30,528 nt of DNA from Armatimonadota bacterium (GTDB lineage Bacteria; Sysuimicrobiota; Sysuimicrobiia; Sysuimicrobiales; Humicultoraceae). The stretch is from contig JBBIJB010000020.1 in NCBI GenBank assembly GCA_037446215.1, positions 1-30,528 on the forward strand, given 5' to 3'. A program made the position numbers and the translations under genes. This document shows positions 25,618 to 30,528 of this stretch, piece by piece; positions within the stretch are counted from its first letter, which is position 1; every line of letters begins with the position of its first letter. The notes under the pieces are model-generated. The model was given only the letters and a program-made list of their open reading frames with translations, was not told the origin of the DNA and made no database searches.

Positions 25618-27216
25618 CTAGGGGGTCGAGAACTCCACCTCCAGCCTCGGGCGCTGCGCCGGGGCGTCCCTGCGGCCCCCGAACTGGACCACGTTTGCGC
25701 CCGACTCCAGGTTGCGGAGCAGGATCCCGTAGTTGGGGTGGGTTCCCTCGATCCAGGCCCTCACGAACTCGGTTACGTTCCATTCGGCGTAGCCCCCGGC
25801 GGCTCCGGCGCCCACCGTGACCGTGCCGGCCGGGCGGAGGAGGGCATAGCTGGTGGCGAGGGAGTTCCAGGTGGCGTTGGTCTCGGTCCAGGCGCGTGTC
25901 ACCAGGAAGGCGGTGTAGATGTCGGTGCCTCCCGTGCGCAGCCCGTGGACGTATAGTCGTAGGGTCGCCCTGCGCACCGTCGCTCCCGACGGCAGCACCG
26001 GGTTGAACCACAGCACCGAGCGGTAGCGCCCGGAGGCGTCGCGGCCCACCACGAGATCCCCCATCGGGTGGGCGATCCCCGGGCTCGCCTCGATCAGCGG
26101 CGCGTCGAAACTGGCTGTGAATGCCACCGTGCGCGGGCCCGGGCCCGCGGTAGGGGTAGGGGTGGGCGTTACGCCGGCCGGCCTCGTGACCGTCAGCTCC
26201 CACGCCTCTCCGGTCACGGGGTTTGTGCGGACGGTGGCCTCGTCCCCGCGCCTGACCCTCGCGGGCGCGTCCCCCAGAGGGAGCGAGGCGCCCGCTACTG
26301 TGATCGTGGCGTCCGAGTTGATGCGTACCACTGTGCCGTCGAGCAGCGCGATCGCGGTCGCGGTCAGGATGTCGACCTGGCCTCGCAGCAGGCGGTAGGA
26401 GGCGCGCACGCTCGCCGCCTGGTTGCCGCCGGCGACCGCCTCGACCCTGACCTGGTCGCCAACGCGCAGCGCGCCCAGGGCGACCGACCCGCCCGCTCCT
26501 GTGGCTGCGTCGAACCTCGAGATCGTCGTCTCCGGAGTGATGACGAAGATGTAGATCAGCGAGCCCACCATCACCTGCACCCTGGGCGGCACGGCGGCGG
26601 GCGCGATCGTGATCAGCACCCCCTCGGTTGCGCGGGCCGCCGGCGTCGGAGTAGGGGTAGGGGTGGGGGGTGGGGTCGGGGTGGGAGTCGGGGAGGGCGC
26701 AGGTGTCGGCGGAGGCGGCGGTGGCGGGGTAGGCTGCCCGGGGGCCGGGGGCGGCCCTCCGGAGGGCAGCACTATGCTGACCGTCCGAGTCGCGGCCTGC
26801 CACTGGACATAGGCGCCGATCGCCTCGCTAACGAACCGCAGCGGCACGAAGGTGCGGCCTTCGATAACCGTCGGAGGCACGTCTAGCAGCACCAGCCTGC
26901 CGTCCACGGATGCCTCGCGGCGGCCGACCGCCAGCTCAATTGTGCGGGAGGCAGTCCTTGCCGTGATCCGCTGCGCCGCCGGCTCCCAGAGCACCGTGGC
27001 GCCGAGGCGCTCGAAGACGCCCCGCAGGGGCACCAGCAGGCGGCCTCCCAACTCAACAGGAGGCACGTCGAAGGCGACCTCCTGGCCGTTCACGGTGACA
27101 CGTATCGCTTCCTGTCCCGCGGCATGGGGAAGATAGGGCCGCGGGAAGAAAGAGGCGAGTAAGGCAATCACCGACGCCGCCACGACGGCGGCTCGCACGC
27201 TACGCATCATCCGCAT
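25618..27216 (-). CDS. Secreted multidomain protein: copper-amine-oxidase-like N-terminal (stalk) domain, Pro/Thr linker, beta-rich repeats, C-terminal DNRLRE/CBM96-like domain
   Basis: GAGGAGG SD and signal peptide; repeated GRLLVPLRGVFE / GRTFVPLRFVSE; C-terminal RSVLWF, ATLRLY, WTETNATW, WNVTEFVRAW, NYGILL and RPRLEV. Confidence 0.85.
   Translation of the reverse strand: MRMMRSVRAAVVAASVIALLASFFPRPYLPHAAGQEAIRVTVNGQEVAFDVPPVELGGRLLVPLRGVFERLGATVLWEPAAQRITARTASRTIELAVGRREASVDGRLVLLDVPPTVIEGRTFVPLRFVSEAIGAYVQWQAATRTVSIVLPSGGPPPAPGQPTPPPPPPPTPAPSPTPTPTPPPTPTPTPTPAARATEGVLITIAPAAVPPRVQVMVGSLIYIFVITPETTISRFDAATGAGGSVALGALRVGDQVRVEAVAGGNQAASVRASYRLLRGQVDILTATAIALLDGTVVRINSDATITVAGASLPLGDAPARVRRGDEATVRTNPVTGEAWELTVTRPAGVTPTPTPTAGPGPRTVAFTASFDAPLIEASPGIAHPMGDLVVGRDASGRYRSVLWFNPVLPSGATVRRATLRLYVHGLRTGGTDIYTAFLVTRAWTETNATWNSLATSYALLRPAGTVTVGAGAAGGYAEWNVTEFVRAWIEGTHPNYGILLRNLESGANVVQFGGRRDAPAQRPRLEVEFSTP
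26641..26756 (-). repeat. Low-complexity (Pro-Thr)n coding linker
   Basis: Encodes PPPAPGQPTPPPPPPPTPAPSPTPTPTPPPTPTPTPTP; a shorter TPTPTPT run lies near 26150-26173. Confidence 0.85.
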
Positions 27217-27443
27217 GGCTCCTCCTCGTGTGCAACTGAAAGATGGTGCGAACTTCGACGGCCCTCGAGGTCCCTCCTGTGGCCGGCCCTGAGACCACCT
27301 CCCCGACGCCTCCCGCGGTGGAGAGGTGAACCCAGGACGGGGGCCGAATTAGGAAGGTGTTTGCCGGCCTGCGCCATTCGTGCGATTCCCCGGCATCTGC
27401 GTCCGCCTCACAGCCGGGCGTCCTCTTGGGAGTGTGATCTTCT

Positions 27444-29000
27444 GTGCCGACCGAGACCTGGCGCGTAGCCCTCGCCGCACTTCCGCTAGTGGTGGTACTG
27501 GTCGGCCTGCTGGGCCTGAACTGGAGCGGGGTGCGATCGGGCGCCGTAGCCCTCGCCGTCGCCGGCCTGCTGGCGCTCACCCTCTTCGCGCTGCCTCCTA
27601 TCGCCGTGGTAGTCGCGCTCTGGCGCTCACTCGCGCTGAGCCTGCACGTGCTCTACATAATCTGGGCCGCCCTGGTTCTCTACAAGTTCGCGGACGAGTC
27701 TGGCGCGATACGCACCATAGGCCGCGCCATCGGCCGCCTTACCAGCGACCGGGTGCTGCAGCTTCTGATAATTGGCGTGGCGTTCAGCTCGTTCCTGCAG
27801 GGCGTGGCGGGGTTCGGCGTCCCTGTCGCGGTCACCGCCCCCCTGCTCATGGGGCTCGGGTTCCCTCCGCTGCAGGCCGCCGCGATTCCACTGATCGGCC
27901 ACTCCTGGTCCGTGACGATGGGGGACATGGCCTCGTCGTTTCAAGCGCTGCGCGCCGTTACCGGGCTGCCGCCGCATGAGATGGGGAACTGGATCGCCGT
28001 GTTCCTCGGGATCGCCGCGGTCGCGACCGGCTTTGCCGTTGCCCACGTCTACGGCGGCGTCCGCTCCTTCCGGGCCTCGCTTGTTCCCATACTCGCCATG
28101 GGGTTTGCCATGGCGCTGACGCACCTGGCGCTCTCGGTATCCCAGCACTGGACGATCGCCTCATTCGGGGCGGGGATGGTCGGGCTCGCGGTTGGAGTGG
28201 GGCTGGCCCGGATGGGCAGGCGCGCCGGGGACGGCGCCGCGGCAAGCGAGGAGGCCGCCGCGGCGGCCCCTGCCGAGATGTCCTTCCAGATGGCGTTCCT
28301 TCCTTACTACGTGCTGATAGCGGTCATAGCGCTGCACACCTTCGTGCCGCCCATGCAGCATCTCCTGGATCGCGCGGCGCTGACGTTCAGGTACCCCGAG
28401 ATCACGAGCGGTCTTGGCTGGCAGACGCGCGCCGGCGCCTTCGCGATACCCTTCCTCGGCCATCCCGGCGCGCTGCTGCTCTACGCGACAGGGATCTCGG
28501 CGCTGCTGTTCCGGCTGCTGGGCCGGCCGCTGCCACCGTGGGGCGCGGTGTGGAAGGACGTCCTCAAGCAGGGCGTCCCGACGACCCTGACCATCCTCGC
28601 GCTGGTCGGCGTCGCGATGCTCATGCTCTACAGCGGCATGACCTATCTCCTCGCAAGAGGGCTCGTCCAGATCGTCGGGTCGTTCTTCCCCCTGATCTCG
28701 CCGCTGATCGGGCTGCTGGGCGCGATCATCACCGGCAGCAACACGAACTCCAACGTGCTGTTCGGGGTCCTGCAGCGCGACGGCGCGCAGATGCTGGCCA
28801 TGGACCCGGTGATCATGGCCGCGCTCCAGTCATCGGGCGGGTCGCTGGGCTCCATGGTGGCTCCGGCGAAGGTACTGCTTGCGACGGCGACCACAGGCCT
28901 GCTGGGGCAGGAGGGTCGTGTGATGCGCGCCACCGCTCCCTACGCCGTGACGCTCGCGGCGGCGCTCGGCCTGCTGGGGTGGATCCTGCAGACGCGGTGA
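27444..29000 (+). CDS. L-lactate permease family (LctP) transporter
   Basis: Motifs LTSDRVLQLLII, FLQGVAGFGVPVA, GAIITGSNTNSNVLFG and GGSLGSMVAP; many TM segments; 518 aa. Confidence 0.9.
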   Translation: MPTETWRVALAALPLVVVLVGLLGLNWSGVRSGAVALAVAGLLALTLFALPPIAVVVALWRSLALSLHVLYIIWAALVLYKFADESGAIRTIGRAIGRLTSDRVLQLLIIGVAFSSFLQGVAGFGVPVAVTAPLLMGLGFPPLQAAAIPLIGHSWSVTMGDMASSFQALRAVTGLPPHEMGNWIAVFLGIAAVATGFAVAHVYGGVRSFRASLVPILAMGFAMALTHLALSVSQHWTIASFGAGMVGLAVGVGLARMGRRAGDGAAASEEAAAAAPAEMSFQMAFLPYYVLIAVIALHTFVPPMQHLLDRAALTFRYPEITSGLGWQTRAGAFAIPFLGHPGALLLYATGISALLFRLLGRPLPPWGAVWKDVLKQGVPTTLTILALVGVAMLMLYSGMTYLLARGLVQIVGSFFPLISPLIGLLGAIITGSNTNSNVLFGVLQRDGAQMLAMDPVIMAALQSSGGSLGSMVAPAKVLLATATTGLLGQEGRVMRATAPYAVTLAAALGLLGWILQTR

Positions 29001-29070
29001 AGAACCTCAACCCGAGCACGGCCTCGAAGGCCCTGCAAGTGGGGTCTTCGGATCGGCTGGCTGGCAGTCC

Positions 29071-30102
29071 TTACCCTTTTGCCAGCTCGCTCCTGACGGC
29101 CGCGATGACCGCGCGGCCTTCCTCGCTGTCGGTGACCATCTCGATGGCGCCCGGCGAGGAGACCCCCAACCCGAGGGCCACGGCCCGCTTTATCTGCTCC
29201 TGATCGAAGATCCTGCCCTGGGCGGTTGCGCCCACTACCCCGTGCATGCGCAGCAGCGCCACCCCTACCGCGTCCAGGGCCACGCGGTCGGTGCCTGCCA
29301 GCACCACCTCAGGCTTCGCGAGCGTTCCCCTAGCCGGGCCCCCGTCTATGAACGCCTGGATCCCATCGAGAACCACCAGCGCGGGCTGGTAGAGCTGGTT
29401 TATCTCGGCTATCAGGGTTCTCTGGAGGGGCGAGCCGTGAAGCTCCCTCATGTAGTCGTAGCCTTCCGCGTCCCGCCTGCCTACCATGCCCACCGTGTTC
29501 TTCAGCGACATCGTGAAGTGGCCGCCGAAGCCGTGGGTCTTCAGGCAGCAGGTCTGTATGATGACGTCCGCGCGCTCCAGCAGGACAGGGTAGATGACGC
29601 CCTTCTGCCAGTGCCATCCAGGGAAGGAGCGGCTCCGCCACTCGGAGGCGGGGAGGTTCTCCAGGGCGACGACCCCTACTCCCATCTCGCGGCCGAGCGC
29701 CTCCACACCCTTGTCGCGGATCACCCGCGCCGTATCCCCCATCCCGCTTCGGTCGGCGATCGTGATCTCGCGGGCACCGCCCTCCTTGCACCGCTCCACC
29801 AGCGTGCGCAGCGTCTCATCGTGGGTGGACGCCGGGAATGGGTCGGCGCTGTTGAAGTTGGGCTTCACCACGACCGACTTGCCGCGCACGTCCGGCATCC
29901 CGAACAGGCGCAGGGCCCTCAGCACGCCGTCCCTGTGCTGTCCGGTCTTGATCAGGGCCACCTTTCCGGGATTAGGAACCGCGCCGGGGGCTGCCTCGAC
30001 GGCGCCGCTCACACCCAGCACCCCTTCAGGAAGCGCCCGGAGCGCCAGCGCTCCACCGGCGGCCGCGGCGATCTTGAGGAACTTCCTCCGGCTCTGCCTC
30101 AC
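29071..30102 (-). CDS. DUF362-domain protein with twin-arginine (Tat) signal peptide
   Basis: SRRKFLK followed by a hydrophobic segment ending VEA; motifs VVVKPN, LKTH, TMSLKN and DRVALD. Confidence 0.85.
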   Translation of the reverse strand: MRQSRRKFLKIAAAAGGALALRALPEGVLGVSGAVEAAPGAVPNPGKVALIKTGQHRDGVLRALRLFGMPDVRGKSVVVKPNFNSADPFPASTHDETLRTLVERCKEGGAREITIADRSGMGDTARVIRDKGVEALGREMGVGVVALENLPASEWRSRSFPGWHWQKGVIYPVLLERADVIIQTCCLKTHGFGGHFTMSLKNTVGMVGRRDAEGYDYMRELHGSPLQRTLIAEINQLYQPALVVLDGIQAFIDGGPARGTLAKPEVVLAGTDRVALDAVGVALLRMHGVVGATAQGRIFDQEQIKRAVALGLGVSSPGAIEMVTDSEEGRAVIAAVRSELAKG

Positions 30103-30528
30103 GTACGATCACCCCCAGAGCTCTGCTCTCTCTTGACGAGGAGCCGAGGCATGGAGACAACGACGGTCTCTCCCCGCTGGTTCTTTACCTCCTGGTTCAA
30201 CGTTACGAGTCCCAGGGTTGTTCCGCGCTCTTCCTTTGCGACGACCTCGAGCTCCACGCGGACGGTGTCGCCTATGAAGACCGGCTTCACGAATCTGATC
30301 TTGTCGATGCCGTAGAAGGCGATGATAGACCCTATCGGCAGCGGGATCAGGCCCGTGGCGACACTCAGCACCAGGAGCCCCTGTGCTATCCGCGCCCCGA
30401 AACGGGTCTTGGCGGCGTACTCGCTGTCGGTGTGGAGAGGGTACCAGTCGCCGCTCAGCGACGAGAAGAGCACGATGCCGGTCTCCGTGATCGTGCGTCC
30501 CCTCGATGCCCACCTGTCGCCGATCTGG
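30099..30528 (-). CDS. MaoC/PaaZ-like hot-dog-fold dehydratase, 5'-truncated by the window edge
   Basis: The frame is open to the edge (QIGDRWASRGRTITETGIVLF); motifs SGDWYPLH, FGARIAQG, RFVKPVFIGDT and NQRGE. Confidence 0.88.
   Translation of the reverse strand, partial: QIGDRWASRGRTITETGIVLFSSLSGDWYPLHTDSEYAAKTRFGARIAQGLLVLSVATGLIPLPIGSIIAFYGIDKIRFVKPVFIGDTVRVELEVVAKEERGTTLGLVTLNQEVKNQRGETVVVSMPRLLVKREQSSGGDRT

Noticed and set aside
26654..26693. G-quadruplex-like or contingency-repeat G-tracts
   Set aside because: They are fully explained by Pro-Thr codons on the opposite strand; the codons vary and the frame is intact.
28999..29049. Bidirectional intrinsic terminator between the lactate permease and DUF362 genes
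   Set aside because: Only short or bulged stems are present, with no U-tract on either strand; too weak to call.
1..30528. CRISPR array, IS element, rRNA or toxin-antitoxin locus
   Set aside because: I saw no regularly spaced repeats, terminal inverted repeats with a transposase, rRNA-like sequence or small TA gene pair; nearly all bases are accounted for by recognised genes.

Overview
This is a high-GC (roughly 70% by eye) bacterial chromosomal window made up almost entirely of housekeeping and cell-envelope genes. I found no CRISPR array, transposase, integrase or phage gene. From left to right: a 5'-truncated long-chain acyl-CoA ligase followed by purE and purK (+); a convergent, tightly coupled purD-C-S-Q-L-F-M-N-H operon (-), with purB absent from the window; signal peptidase I; tRNA-Ser(GGA); an OmpR-family regulator, a HAMP sensor kinase, an unknown exported helical protein and a LysE exporter; tRNA-Ser(CGA); a group-2 Mrp Na+/H+ antiporter operon (mrpA'(A+B)CDEFG, -); a divergent patatin-like phospholipase; a secreted stalk-domain/Pro-Thr/DNRLRE-like protein; an L-lactate permease; a Tat-signal DUF362 protein; and a truncated MaoC dehydratase. 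The most interesting signals are around the Mrp operon. Its ~55-nt leader can form mutually exclusive RBS-sequestering and RBS-releasing structures (candidate ion- or pH-responsive RNA switch). Its promoter has a symmetric -10 element that may be shared with the patatin gene. Its MrpA has lost normally conserved polar residues of the proton pathway. I cannot support a claim of a wholly new system. All product calls come from reading motifs by eye, not from database searches.
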